Notes: generated from the letters alone by a model not told the origin. Shown: positions 12,072-24,545, counted from the whole stretch's first letter. The stretch is 63,524 bases of DNA, filler included, from Craspedostauros australis (GCA_030167865.1; 19 parts of 19 records of this genome joined end to end with filler, not necessarily neighbours in it); one strand, 5' to 3'. Program-made: numbers and translations.

Positions 12072-12791
12072 CTGCTTCTCCGCGTTCGACTTGTTCACTC
12101 CGTACGAGTAGAGCGGCGATCCCCATCTCGTGCACATCGGCATCTCCAATCCTTCATCGCTCCAGACCGCAACCAGATAGGTGAGGTCGTTCTTCCACGT
12201 CGTCAATCCCACATTCTTGAATGCCGGTCTGGCTGCGGCCATGAGGGCGGATGCCGTCGCCAACAATCGGCACGCGACATGCAGAATGAATGGCTCATAT
12301 CTCAGCCAGATGGTTTGGTCGTTTTCATCTGCGTCATGTTGGGCATCCACATCATCGTTTTGCTCTTTCGGTTGATCAACGTCATTATCAACATCGCCAT
12401 CAACGTCGCCATTGACAGTCTCGCTTGACCGTTGCCCGTTGCCCTTGTGATCATACTGGCCGATCGTGGGAATGGGATCGCCTCCTCATGATGGATCAGC
12501 GTCGATGGTGCCCAAATCAAAGTACCGGATCGGATCCGAGATCATCTCGTGCGAAATTCGGAACCGTCGGAAGCGCGTGGTCGACTTGCGACCGGGTCCT
12601 CTGTACATGAAAGAACGCACCGCTCAGGAGCTTGTCACGTGGCAGTCCTCACGCTCGTTCACCACCGCGCACATTTCGACAGCTGGCGGATCGATGCGAC
12701 CTGCTGACGACTTGTCCCGTTTGCCCAGGCATTGCGCCTTGGCATTTTCGAAGTCGTTGAATCTCCGTTTCTGCTGCAGGTGAGACGCCAT
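12072..12791 (-). pseudogene. TYW3: tRNA wybutosine-synthesizing protein 3 homolog with two in-frame TGA codons; 3' partial
   Basis: DKSSAGRID, VTSS*AVR (canonical TTSSCSGR), WLRYEPFILHVACR, FKNVG in one frame from ATG 12791; TGA at 12624-12626 and 12486-12488. Confidence 0.8.
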
Positions 12792-13708
12792 CACTTGTTG
12801 CTCCTTTGTCTGCCTGATTAGTTGCCTGTCTGTGTCTATCTCCTCTATGGATTGTGCGTGTGTTGGTTATGTATGCGAGAATAGGAGTCTGCTCCGCCAT
12901 GTGTCGTTCCGAGAGGAGGTCGGAATGGTGGAAGAATGATGGAAGAATGAGTGGTTCTGACGTGAGTTGGTTGGTTGGTTGTTCTGCGTTTGGGTTCTGA
13001 TTGATGGGGCATGCGGTGGATTGATTCATTATTCGTACATTTGTTGTGGATGTGCCATGAACGGACGCCGTAAAGACGTGGTGGAGAGTCATGTACGACT
13101 CAGAAATTGCGCGCATCATGTCGCGACCATTTGCACGAGCGTGTTCCACAAATTCACGAACAACCTCACACGTCTGATGACGCTCATTTGTTGTGTTTGC
13201 GTCGTCGCAGCACAGCGACAAAGGAGGATGCCAAAGCCAACATCTCTGGGATGGGATCTACGGAGCCAAAAGCTGCTTCCTTGCGTTGACATGCCTACCA
13301 CGTCGCACTCTGCCACACGCCTCACATTGTTGATTGGTGATAGTCTCGGTCAGGGAGCTTTGGGTAGCTGAGTATACAATGATAGAATAGTACCATACAC
13401 CATGCAACGGATGTACTTGATCGTTGGGTGTACCAGCATCAAGCCAGGAGTCTGCATACCCACGGCACCTGTTACGAAAGTGTGGACGCTGTCATAGAAC
13501 GAATACAGTGACACCAAGTCCTACTTCGGCCAGGCAACCAGCTGCTTCATCCACCCTGAAAAGTGACACCTCAAGGGAAATAGCCCATCCTTGCATGAAC
13601 ACAATGGGGAATCCAAGTATCGCCTTATCAATCCAGTGCATCTGTGAGACCAGCGATGAGCTGACCGAACCTGGATGTGATCAGCTTGCTCACAGGCCAT
13701 CATACATT

Positions 13709-14290
13709 ATGGAGACCAATACTCGCATGGATACAACCAAGGGTTGTTTGACTGTGGCGCACTTGGTCAAGATAGAACATCCTGCTGAGCTGATCTTCCT
13801 CATTCTCACCGATTTCAACAACTACAGCAAGGTCTTCTGGAGCATCCTTCGCTCGCTATTGCATTCGCACTCTGCCTCCATACAATCATGCAATAGGGCT
13901 GGCACAGACGCAGACACAGATGCAGAATCAGATACAGACACCGGACGTGGTATCCATGCCAATCATTCCCGAGTTGGTTCCAAGTACGATTTCAAGCTCA
14001 CTATGGGGCACAACAGCACGTACAGATTTCGTTCCACGATCACCGAACTAGATTTCGACCCATGGAATCGGCGCTATGAGTCGCGAACCACCTGTTGCGT
14101 GGCCCAATGCACATGCACAACAACACACCTTGTGGAGCAACTGCACGATCAGCCAGACTCATATAGATTGAGATGGTCCTTTGCAATCATCCCAAATAAT
14201 TCCCTTGGCAAGCTACTTCTGTGGTGCAACGAGAAACGATGGATCTGTGCAGAAGCAGCGAAGCAGGAAGCTGCGAAAGAGAGTACATAG
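13709..14290 (+). CDS. SRPBCC/START-like (polyketide cyclase 2-like) domain protein
   Basis: VKIEHPAELIFLILTDFNNYSKV...VGSKY...TITE pattern typical of the SRPBCC fold; start codon uncertain. Confidence 0.55.
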   Translation: METNTRMDTTKGCLTVAHLVKIEHPAELIFLILTDFNNYSKVFWSILRSLLHSHSASIQSCNRAGTDADTDAESDTDTGRGIHANHSRVGSKYDFKLTMGHNSTYRFRSTITELDFDPWNRRYESRTTCCVAQCTCTTTHLVEQLHDQPDSYRLRWSFAIIPNNSLGKLLLWCNEKRWICAEAAKQEAAKEST

Positions 14291-15932
14291 AGCGTAGAGT
14301 ACAGTGTAGTACTCCTCCCATGTCGGTTCCAATGTTTCTAATGTATGCGCACAAGCATAATGGAGTAGTTGATAACGCCTTCACGACAACTGCGGTGCTT
14401 CCACCTCCTAAACAGTCTTCCATATCAATATATACTTGGTGTGTTGAGATCGGATGGTTCCTTCTCTTGAAGTTGTTCCTCATCCATTCGTTGCGACGAC
14501 AAGAATCAGATACTTGTGGGTGTGGAGGTGGAGGTCTTGGACGTCACCTTTGCGCAAACAAAGGCTCCTGGAAGAGGTATGAATGTGGTTGGGGTCGAAT
14601 GAGGTCGCCGATCGTATGTACGCACTTTCTCTCTACATAGAGTATCGTCACGACCACTCATAGAACGCAAGGCTTGTCAACGTCATCGAATAGAGTTCAA
14701 CTATACTCTATACTCTCCACTCAATAATCTATTCCCCATCCATCACCTCTCTATTTGTAGCAACACGAATGGTACAATGGCATGAAGGCGGTGACTTGTG
14801 CCATAGGACTTGGGACACTTTGTTCTACTCCTCTCTCTCTCTCTCTCTCTAGATAGACTTGAGTCACTAGTTATTCGTGACCTATTGGAATGGTGGACAG
14901 ACGCCCATGAGGAAGCACAACAGCCACGCACACAAATCACAACACGACGAAGCACAACACATCGTTTGGATGACCGAGACACACCGACCAAAACAACGAC
15001 CACAACAGAGGCCAACAAGATCGTCTGCGATACCCCGCCATCCGACCTCTTNNNNNNNNNNNNNNNNNNNNNNNNNNNNNNNNNNNNNNNNNNNNTTAAT
15101 TAATTAANNNNNNNNNNNNNNNNNNNNNNNNNNNNNNNNNNNNNNNNNNNNGGAAATTGAAGAAGGCAATTCCACGTCTATCCGCGGTACGAGAATCTCG
15201 AAAGATGTGTGTGGATAGCGTCTGGAGAACGTCGAATGAGACTGTCTTCCGACCATGTGTACGACGTCCAAAAGCCAAGCCATCCAGGTTTGGACACATG
15301 TTGTTGTCTAAACTCACAACATCCTTGGCTTGACGGGCGATGTCGGAGGAAAGGCTAAAAAGTTTTAACACGGGCCACTGCGAGGGTATCTTGTGGCGCG
15401 GCCGGCGTGTAGAGGTTAGCCTAGATGCTTATAACTCTTATAATAATGCTCGTAGGGGGGGCAATATTTCACACAGTAACCCTCCACCTATAGGTCTATC
15501 TGTGTGCAAAGTTTCTGATAGGTCATAAAAGTCATTACGGCTCAGATGCACGCTTCCTAGAGTAACCGGGTCCTAACGGGCTACAAGTGCTCGATAGATT
15601 GCTGGCTCGTACGGTACCATACCATACACGCTCGTAAAATACGTACTTGCACTCGTCTTGGAGTCCATTCCAACAGTACGCGTCGCCCCGTGGCCCATGC
15701 TCCGACCGACACCTGGATACGCTCGTGCTCATTTGCTCACACGTCACCATCTCGATCTTTCTATCTCTCACTTTTTCTACTTTGGTACTCGTCCCACGCA
15801 TTTCAAGCGATGCCAATGAGTGCAATGAAGCTCCTGTTGTGTGAAGCGTAGTTGATTTAAACTAATTTTGTTGTATGCAGCGCTGTTATGCTCGAGTCGA
15901 TTGTATGGATATGGATATTGACGGGCTCTACT

Positions 15933-18413
15933 CTATGTGTCTATGAGCTCCCCACAGAACAGATGAACCAACGCATCCTCGTCGTTGAACTCTCGCGTAC
16001 AGCAGTCGCAATCCAGAGTCGCGGTGGCGCCGCAATCGATCGCCACCGTGCGGAGCCCTGGGTTGGGGAGGGTTTCGTTGCAAATGGATGTTGGCAATAC
16101 CGTAAATGCATTGCTGCGGTAGGCATTGATGAACTCCAATCGCCCTGGCAGGACGAGGTCTTGCGGAAAAATTTTCTCTGTGAAGTTGTTCAAGGAAACG
16201 TCGATCACTTCGAGATTGCTCAGCAGACCAAGCTGGGATGGAACTGTGCCCGTGAGCTGGTTTCCGCCGACCTCTAAGCTGACGAGCCGCAATGCATTGC
16301 CGATCTCTGTCGGTATCGACCCGGTGAGGTCGTTGTTGGACACTTTGAAGAATCGTATGTTGGGGATGTTGAATATCTCCGTCGGGATCGTGCCATTGAA
16401 ACCGTTGTCGTTGAACTCGAGGGCATCCATGCGGTTCAGGAGGCCAAGTTCTGTCGGGATTGTTCCCGTGAACGAAACTTCGGAGAGCTTGAGCTCGGTG
16501 AGGGAGGTCATGAGACCGATCTGGGTGGGGATGATGCCCTTGAGGCCTTCTTCGGAGGCGAACTCGAGCTCACGGATGTTGGATAGATGCAGCAGCGCCG
16601 TTGGAAGCGTCCCGTCGAGGTTGTTTTCCTCCGTCTCGAGACCTGCGATGGTGTCAATGAAGACGCATTCGATGCCGATCCATTCGCACACGTGCTCGCC
16701 AGGTTCGTACCAATCATCATTGTTGGTCCAGTTGACCCCGTTGGTCGCTTCGTAAAACTGCGTCATGGCGAAGAGTTGGACGACGAAGCTGTTGGAGGGG
16801 GCAGGCTTCGTGTCACCGTCGGTGATGGTGTCGATCTCGGATGCCACGTACAGGATCCCGTTGTGTTCGGGCTGACAGCCCGTCTTGTTGAGCACGAGGG
16901 TCGGTTCGATGATACCGCTGTCGATGAGCATCGTCTTGATCGTATCGTACCTGGCCACTCCAGTTTCGGTGAGGTTCGACCATGCCGCTTCGGTGGTGCC
17001 AAGGCAAAGGCACTGGTGGGGGATGATGAGATCGACGGCCTCGCCGATGCACCGAGGATCGATCGGCTCGTTGGCGGTGTTGTCGGGGCGCGAGAGGACG
17101 ATTGCGATCGGGATCGACACGCTGAGAATCACGCCAATGATGCAGCACGCCGCGATCATGAGATACCGCTGGCGTGTATTATCCTCCTTGATATCCTCCG
17201 CCTCGAAGATGGCCTCGGAATCCTGGATGGGTTTGGCGCTGACGAGGCCCGATCCCGCAGCATCCGTCTCGGGCGCAGGAGACAGCTCCTGGACCGTGCC
17301 GTCGAGATTGCCTTGCTCTGGATCAACGCGATTGCTGTTGTTGTAGTCGTATTCGTCAAAGTCATCATCCTGTCCAGTGCTGGGGTCAAATCCGGCCTGT
17401 CGGTAGGCGCCGGGGCGTGGCTGCGACGCGGAATGGAGCTCCGGCGGGGTCGTCTCCGTGATGTTTGTAGAGAAGGTGGAGGCCGATACAGCGGATATGC
17501 CGGGCTCGAAGTTCGGTGGCATGGGTGCGCGCAATGAGGTTGTTGAAATTTCCTTTTCTTTCCCTTCGCTGTAATGGGATACCCCTGGCGTCAGCAACCT
17601 GGCCGATCCCGTTGTTGGCGTGAGCATCTTCTCGTAGACGACAGGATCTGCTCGCGCAGTTTTGGCAGAGCCGCTGGTGCCGCTGTTGGCGGTGTATCCC
17701 TTCTTTGCATCATTGGAATAGAGCCTCTCCTTTTCAAGGTAGGCCTGGTTTCGGCGACTTGCGATGGTGGAGGTGAGAGGCGCCCCTTGCGTGGCGGAGA
17801 CCTGCTTCTTGTCTGTATCTCTGGTCGTGGACAGGCTGGCTCTACTTCCCCTGCTGGCCCGGCTGCTGGTGCTCGCTCGACTGCTGGTGCTCGCTCGACC
17901 GCCGCGGCTGATCCTGCGAGCCTGGGAGCCGTAGGCCGGCTGCTTGTCGTCGGGATCGTCCACGTCGATGGGAGCGGCGAGCATGCTGGAGTTGATGGAT
18001 TCCCTGGACACCCCGTCCGCGGACAAGGCGATGGCCAGGGCGGCTTCTGCCTGCGAAGCGCTGGACTGGGAAGATCGCTGGCCTGCATATGCCATGGTCG
18101 ACCTCGGCAGCGGCAGCGCTGCTGCATTCGCCGTGCTCGTTCGGATCTCCTTCTCGGCCTCCTTCGATCGAGCGTCGTACATCTGCTGGACGATATCTGA
18201 CATGTCGTTGTTTTCGTTGCCGTCGTTGTTTCCGTTGCCATTATGGCTATCGTCCAAACCTCGGGACGATCCCTTGGCAGATATATCGGTCAGGCTGCTG
18301 TTGCTTGTGTTCATGGTTTCAGTTGTGGCCGCGCCTTTCTTGTGATCGTGCGAATGCTCGACGTGGAGGATCCGTTCGTGTTGTTTCCTTTGCACTGGTC
18401 TGCGAGCATCCAC
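15933..18413 (-). CDS. Single-pass membrane leucine-rich-repeat protein (diatom-type receptor-like protein)
   Basis: Disordered N-terminus with PGAY motif, TM helix (YLMIAACCIIGVILSVSIPIAIVL), LRRNT cap (FYEATNG..W..W..CEWIGIEC), plant-type LxxNxLxGxIPxEIG repeats, terminal CDCC; no kinase domain. Start may be 18314. Confidence 0.9.
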   Translation of the reverse strand: MDARRPVQRKQHERILHVEHSHDHKKGAATTETMNTSNSSLTDISAKGSSRGLDDSHNGNGNNDGNENNDMSDIVQQMYDARSKEAEKEIRTSTANAAALPLPRSTMAYAGQRSSQSSASQAEAALAIALSADGVSRESINSSMLAAPIDVDDPDDKQPAYGSQARRISRGGRASTSSRASTSSRASRGSRASLSTTRDTDKKQVSATQGAPLTSTIASRRNQAYLEKERLYSNDAKKGYTANSGTSGSAKTARADPVVYEKMLTPTTGSARLLTPGVSHYSEGKEKEISTTSLRAPMPPNFEPGISAVSASTFSTNITETTPPELHSASQPRPGAYRQAGFDPSTGQDDDFDEYDYNNSNRVDPEQGNLDGTVQELSPAPETDAAGSGLVSAKPIQDSEAIFEAEDIKEDNTRQRYLMIAACCIIGVILSVSIPIAIVLSRPDNTANEPIDPRCIGEAVDLIIPHQCLCLGTTEAAWSNLTETGVARYDTIKTMLIDSGIIEPTLVLNKTGCQPEHNGILYVASEIDTITDGDTKPAPSNSFVVQLFAMTQFYEATNGVNWTNNDDWYEPGEHVCEWIGIECVFIDTIAGLETEENNLDGTLPTALLHLSNIRELEFASEEGLKGIIPTQIGLMTSLTELKLSEVSFTGTIPTELGLLNRMDALEFNDNGFNGTIPTEIFNIPNIRFFKVSNNDLTGSIPTEIGNALRLVSLEVGGNQLTGTVPSQLGLLSNLEVIDVSLNNFTEKIFPQDLVLPGRLEFINAYRSNAFTVLPTSICNETLPNPGLRTVAIDCGATATLDCDCCTREFNDEDALVHLFCGELIDT

Positions 18414-18491
18414 CGTCGTCGTCGTCGTCGTTGCTGATGCTGATGCCTGTCTGGTGATCGTTCACAGTGGTTCGCGGTTGTTGACGGTGGC

Positions 18492-18534
18492 TGGTGGTGA
18501 TTGGTGGTGATTGGTGGTGATTGGTGGTGATTGG
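18492..18534 (+). repeat. 10-bp tandem repeat (TGGTGGTGAT)x4
   Basis: Directly visible in the 5' region of the LRR gene. Confidence 0.9.
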
Positions 18535-19441
18535 TAACCCTCTTGCTCGTTGTCTTGCTCTCCTTGCTTTGGGTTGTCAACAGTGTGGTTTATGTCTGAA
18601 TCAGAGTCATCCTCGTGGATATAATACCAATAGAATAGCAAGTATTGGAGTATACAATGAGGCAGAGAGCAGGCGAAAACCAAACAACCAGGGTGTGCTT
18701 GTGACCCGCTGGCCTCCCTGGCGGAACTCAATGCTGTCGTTGTCGCAACTCCTTCTGTTGATGCATGTGTCTTCTTGTTGCCTCTCTTGGTCTCTTGCTT
18801 CTTGTTTGTCGCGGAACGGGTGAGTGAGAGGCTGATGACTCTTCGCGTTGAAGCACTTTGTGGTAACCAGTGGGATACCGGCTGTCGCATGTCCCTTGTC
18901 TTGGTGACATGAGCATTTGGAAGGGACCAATCGCACTTTGTGTGACACCTCGACGGTTGGTTGCAGGCGAACAATCGATCGGACAGTCTTCGGCGAATTG
19001 TCTCCTGAGCAAAAAGTCATCACGCAAACCAATTGGGCATTCATCTACATTAATTATTCGTAGATTCCTCATGATCTATCAATTCACGAGTGAGATCATT
19101 CACGAATTGAGGATTCATTGATTGATTCAGTCACGAAAAATCGTATCTTTTGTCTCGAAGCCGCACAACCACACAAAAAGAGCAAAAAGCAACAAACGTG
19201 ACACCACATGAACCCGAAGACGGACACGAACGCCATGGATCCATGCTCGTGGAGCATCATCCATCATCCACCATCCATCCCTGTCTGTGCTGTCACTACC
19301 AACACTCGGACCCATACGCGTAGCACACTACCGGCGACAGATCATCACCAAAGATTTGCAGCCGCCATCGAGTCTCAGGGGTTGGATACCGTCAGAGCCG
19401 TTGCGTTGCGTTGCGTCGCATCCAAGCCGCCTTTTCCAACA

Positions 19442-20128
19442 ATGAGCGCCAACGACGACAAGAACGGCAATGGTGCGCAGACGACGGATGCTGGTGAACC
19501 ATGCCATGTTCTGCCATGCAACGTATCCTATTCCGGCATGGCGCAAACGCACATCTACTTCCCAACTGCCGATCTTTCAGAGACGGAATGCGCCGCAGCG
19601 ATGTTTCGCGGTCGACCTCTCCTCGCAGCATCTGCACGTGATGCTGTTGCACTCGACTCCACGCGAGGTGCCTTGCTGTCCGTGACCAGCGACGGAATCC
19701 AAATGACATCGACGTTCCAGGATATGATGTGCTGGTCGCATGAGCATAGCACGCAGACAGTCCAGCTCGCAGCGCATGCGCAGAATAAGGCAGCGGCAGC
19801 AAAAGTTGCAGCTTGCGAATGGTTGGAAGTCAGCAATGCCGTGAGTGCTTTCGGAGTTTTGCCCATTGAGCGCACTCTAGCAAACTATGATTTCCTGTGG
19901 GGAGCTTGGTGTGCGCATCTCTGCTGTCTTATAACACACGCAGGACTTATCATGCTCGCATCAGTGGGTCGTCAATGCGACGCCGCACGCACAGCTGAAA
20001 GGCAGCCAATTGCTAACGCTTTGCCTTTGCTCTCCTCTCCAATTCCATGTTGCCTGATACCTTTTTTCAATTTTCTATTCTGCTCGGAACCGCTGCAGTT
20101 GCACGATCCTCTCCCCGTCACTGATTGA
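19442..20128 (+). CDS. RNASEH2C: Ribonuclease H2 non-catalytic subunit C; exons 19442-19840 and 20099-20128
   Basis: HVLPCNVSYSGMAQTHIYF, AMFRGRPL, F..MMCWSHE and WLEVSNA|LHDP. Donor GTGAGT at 19841, CTAAC branch-like motif near 20013, acceptor CAG ending 20098. Confidence 0.85.
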   Translation: MSANDDKNGNGAQTTDAGEPCHVLPCNVSYSGMAQTHIYFPTADLSETECAAAMFRGRPLLAASARDAVALDSTRGALLSVTSDGIQMTSTFQDMMCWSHEHSTQTVQLAAHAQNKAAAAKVAACEWLEVSNAVSAFGVLPIERTLANYDFLWGAWCAHLCCLITHAGLIMLASVGRQCDAARTAERQPIANALPLLSSPIPCCLIPFFNFLFCSEPLQLHDPLPVTD

Positions 20129-20562
20129 AGGGCCATCACGAGACAAGTGAGAATAGAGCGAGAGCTTGAAAAGAGCCAACATGGATCGGGTCGATCTTCT
20201 TGCTGCCGCAAAACGAAGTCATGAAAGGCTTGGATGCCGACGAAAGGAGGACAAAGTTCGTACGCCTCATCAACATTATGAAAGGTACGAGTGATGGTTG
20301 TGATTAGCGGTGCCTGGCATGATTGTTCCGACAATGCTGCGAACGACGCCGTCGTTGATATCATACACGCAAGTACTCAAATACAAATGTGCTCATACCC
20401 AAACACACACCATTCCTGCTTGCCACGTATGGCGCTGGAAGGTTGGAGAGCATCAGAAAAGCGTCGCAAGAACCAACGCTGGAACAAACGATATCCTCAA
20501 TACTTCAAATTCTTGGACGTACGTACATCCAATCATCGCCAGTTTTGCTGTGTGCTTGCTCT

Positions 20563-23500
20563 TCACTCTACGCTCTGCGCTGGTTGCAATGATGTAAGGT
20601 ACTCTGCCAACTCAGCATGTCCTCTCATCGCAGCAACATCCTGAGGCCTCCAGCCGTACGTATTCCGGATATTCATGTCCACTTGGACACCTGGCGTGTT
20701 GATCAAATCTCGCACCATCTGGAGACGCCCGTACCAGCACAGAACATGCAAAGGCGCGTAGCCATCGATGTCGACGATGTTGACATCTGCGTGGCCTTCT
20801 TTCACCAACACTTCGATGACAACGGCAAAGATGTCGTTGACAGCCGAGAATATCTTGCACGCGATGAGCAACGGAGTCTCGTTTCTCCTATTGGTCAGGT
20901 TGGTTCTGATCTGTCTTGTGTTCATCAAGACGTTGAGGATCTTTCTGTAGCTGCCATTGCTGTCACGGTCGTAATTCATAGCTGTCATGTGCATCGGGGT
21001 GTTGCCCTCACTATTCTGGACATTGACATCGACACCTTCCAGTTCAGTCACATACTCTACAACATCAAGGTGCCCACGTGCACACGCAAAGTGCAGAGGT
21101 GCGTGTCCCAGGGCGTCCCGGACATTGATGTTAGCGTTTGGAAGCTCGAGGAGGCGTTTCATCACGCCAAGGTGCCCACGAGCTGCTGCAACTTGCAAGA
21201 GCGTGCTTGCGTTACTGTACCGAGCATCAATGTGAAGGTTGGCTCGTGCGATGAGATATTCGATCACAGAAAGCTGTTCATATCCGCAGGCAAGGAGCAA
21301 CGGTGTGTAGCCTTGCTGGTCTTGAGTATTGATATCAGCATGTGCCGCTTCAACCAGATGTTTCACCACCCCAATGTGTCCGCGCACGCACGCAAAGTGC
21401 AACGGGGTCTGGCCCGCGCCATCCGGGTCGTCCGCGCCCACATCTGTCTCCCCAACAAAAAATTTCACTACCTCGAGATGCCCTTTCATGCTCGCAAAAT
21501 GCAATGGAGTTTGATCAGCACTGTTGGCAACGTCAACACGAGCTTGCCACTCCTTCACAAGATTCCGGATTCCATCAACATACGCATGTTCGGCAGAGCA
21601 CATGAAGTGCAAGGGCGTATTACCCTCGTGATCTTCATCATTGGCAGAGATGCTCACTTCGTCCAGAAGGTGCTGGATGATGGCATCGTACTGACGGCCT
21701 TCCTCTTCCGCATACTCCACATCCGAGAACTGTTGTTTACTGCACGCGATGTGCAACAGCGTTTGGCCAGCATTGTTCCGAACACGCATTTGGGTGCCCT
21801 GTGTACGGGCCAGGTATGTGAAGATGTTGAAGTACCCGCCCTGGCAGATGATGTGCAACGGCGTGTTGCCGTCGCCATCTGCGATATTGACGTCCGCGCC
21901 TGCGTTCACGAGTCCTCTGATGAAGATGACGTACCCACTCTCGGGTGTGTACTGCTTGCATACTTCCATCAGCGGCGTTTGGTGCTGTTGATTGACGATG
22001 TTGACATCGATTTGCGGTTGTTGCAAGAGCAGGTCACAGACTTCCCTATGGCCGTCGACCAATCCCGGATCATACTCTCGGCAGGCAAGATGCAATGGGG
22101 TGTTTCCATCACTGTCCTGGGCGTTGATGTTGATATTGATGTTGGTAATGCCGATCAAGTACTGTACGGTCTTGTGTTGTCCAGATTGCGCGGCACAATG
22201 GAGTCCAGTTCTGCCATCCTTGGTCGTGAGACCAGGGTTGAAGCCAACAGACTCAATGAGATACCGAACGGTCTCTACATAGCCAAGGCGACACGCGGAG
22301 TGCAGCGGTGTGTCCTCATATTGTATGTTGATGCCGTTGCCACGCAGACCTGTCAAGTACTCGACCACGTCTTTGCGTCTGTATTGACAAGCGAGGTCAA
22401 GGGGGGTGTCGCCTTGTTCTGATTGGCTGTTGATGATGGTGTTGATAGCCTCTAGATTGGATTCCACGAGGAGTTTAATCGCACTCCTGTGACCTTGCTG
22501 GCATGCTATGTGCAATGGCGTGCGCCCATCGTTGTTGGAGATGGTCACGCCAACCCTGGCGCCACCCGAATCCAAGCCGAGCAAGTATTTGATTACCGGG
22601 ATGTTCCCAAACCAACAGGCAAGGTACAGTCCTGTCTTGCCTTTGTTGTTGCGGGCGTTGATATCGATGCTGGTCTTCTTTGATTCCACCAAACAACGAA
22701 CGACGTCGATTTGCGTAGAACTGCAGGCGTCATGGAATGGTGTGTTTCCATTGTTGAAGTTTCTGACGTTGACACTGGCGCGGACGTTTGCCTGACTCGA
22801 TTGCACAAAGCATTGGACCACTTTGATGTGCTGGTGTTGGCAAGCAAGATGGAGTGCTGTCGCGCCAAATGAGTTCCGGGCGTCGACAACACCGTCGATC
22901 CGACTGGATTTCATCAGGTGCTCAACCACCTCCCAACGCCCAAGGTGGCATGCGGCATGGAGCGGCGTGCACCTGTTGTCATTGAGGATGCTGAAATTGA
23001 TTCTACGGCACACATCCATCTGAATCATGCGTTCAACGATACCGAGTTGTCCGTATCGGCATGCCAGATGCAGTGGCGAATCACCGTTCTCGTTTTTGAT
23101 GTTGAACTTGGCGACGTTCTCACCACATCCAAACAAGAATTCGACGACCTCCTTGTGCCCATACTGGCACGCGCGATGGAGCGGCGTGTACCCATGCTCG
23201 TCTGTTGTATTGAGCTCGATGTGGATTTGTTTTGATAGGATGAGACGGCCAACGGTGTTCATTTGCCCATGTCTGCTTGAGTCAGAGTCAATTCCAGCTC
23301 TTTCCAATTTGATGAGATCCTTTGCAAGATTTGCGTCTCCGTACTTGCAAGCAACCTCAAGCGGCATGAAACCCTGATTGTTACAAATGCGAAGTTTAAT
23401 GTTGGTTCGACCCGACTCCACCATGTATTCCACAACGTCCCTTTTTCGCTTGCGGCAAGCAAGGTGAATTGACGTGTCGCCGTTTTCGTCTTGCACGTTG

Positions 23501-24359
23501 ACGTCAACGTTGGCTTGATCTGATTCGATGAGGTGTTTGACAACGTCGATGTAGCCGTTTCGACAGGCGTAGTGAAGTGGCGCATATCCCTTGTTGTTTT
23601 GGGTATTGACATCAACAGGTTTTCTGCCGTTGCATTCGAACATGTACTGGATCAAGTCCTGGACCACATTCACCTGTCCGTGGCGACAGGCGACGTGCAA
23701 CGGCGTGTTCCCGTTGTTGTTTGCGGCGTTGACGTCCATCTTCTCTTGATGATGCTCCAGCATGCAATCGATCACATGTCTCTTGCCATGCCGGCATGCA
23801 ACATGCAGCGGTGTGTTTCCGTTGCTGTTGGGTGCGTTGCCACCGCTATCGCCGTTGCCGGTGCTTTGATCGAGCCCCAGCAAGAAGTCGGCAACGCCAT
23901 CGTGCCCACGGCGACAGGCACTGTGAAGCGGCGTATTCTTGTTCTTGTTCTCCGTTTTGGTGTCAACGTTGAGTTGTTGCGAATTCACCAAATATCTGGC
24001 GAGATCTCGATGCCCGGATACGCAGGCGACGTGGAATGGCGTGTTTCCGAACTTGTTGCGGACATCAAAGGAGATTTTGTCTATCTGTGACTCTATGAGG
24101 TATTCAACCGTATCTATGTGCCCATGCCGGCAAGCAAGGTGCAATGGCGTATCCTCATTTGTGTTTTGAACATTCACTTTGATGACGGGTGTCTCTGACT
24201 CGATCAAATTCGTCACTACGCCTGTGTGACCGTGCCAACAGGCATATTGCAGAGGCGTGTTGCGTTTGTTGTTGATGACGTTGATATCGATGTCAGTTCG
24301 TTGTCGCTTCTCTCTCAACAGGAGTTGCACAATTTCTTCGGCTCCGCGCCAGCAGGCAA
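20563..24359 (-). CDS. Large ankyrin-repeat protein (about 30 repeats), 5' partial
   Basis: Repeated GxTPLHxACxxGHxxVVxxL across >1250 uninterrupted codons. Confidence 0.95.
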
Positions 24360-24459
24360 NNNNNNNNNNNNNNNNNNNNNNNNNNNNNNNNNNNNNNNNN
24401 NNNTTAATTAATTAANNNNNNNNNNNNNNNNNNNNNNNNNNNNNNNNNNNNNNNNNNNN

Positions 24460-24545
24460 TCACAGGAATACCACCGCGATACCACGAGGATACCGCGATA
24501 CTACGATAGCAGGATACCGCGATACCAGCGGATACCACAGTATTC
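24460..24545 (+). repeat. Imperfect short repeats of GATACC(A/G)C
   Basis: Several GATAC(C/T) units at the scaffold edge, downstream of the Sola3-like ORF. Confidence 0.6.

Noticed and set aside
12624..12626. Selenocysteine recoding of TYW3 at the conserved Cys
   Set aside because: A second TGA falls at a probable Gly position and the adjacent motif Gly is also mutated; no SECIS can be assessed because the 3' end is missing.
20617..22422. 601-aa plus-strand ORF (and similar antisense ORFs over the LRR, AAA and Copia genes)
   Set aside because: Shadow frames of GC-rich coding sequence on the opposite strand, with no recognisable motifs.
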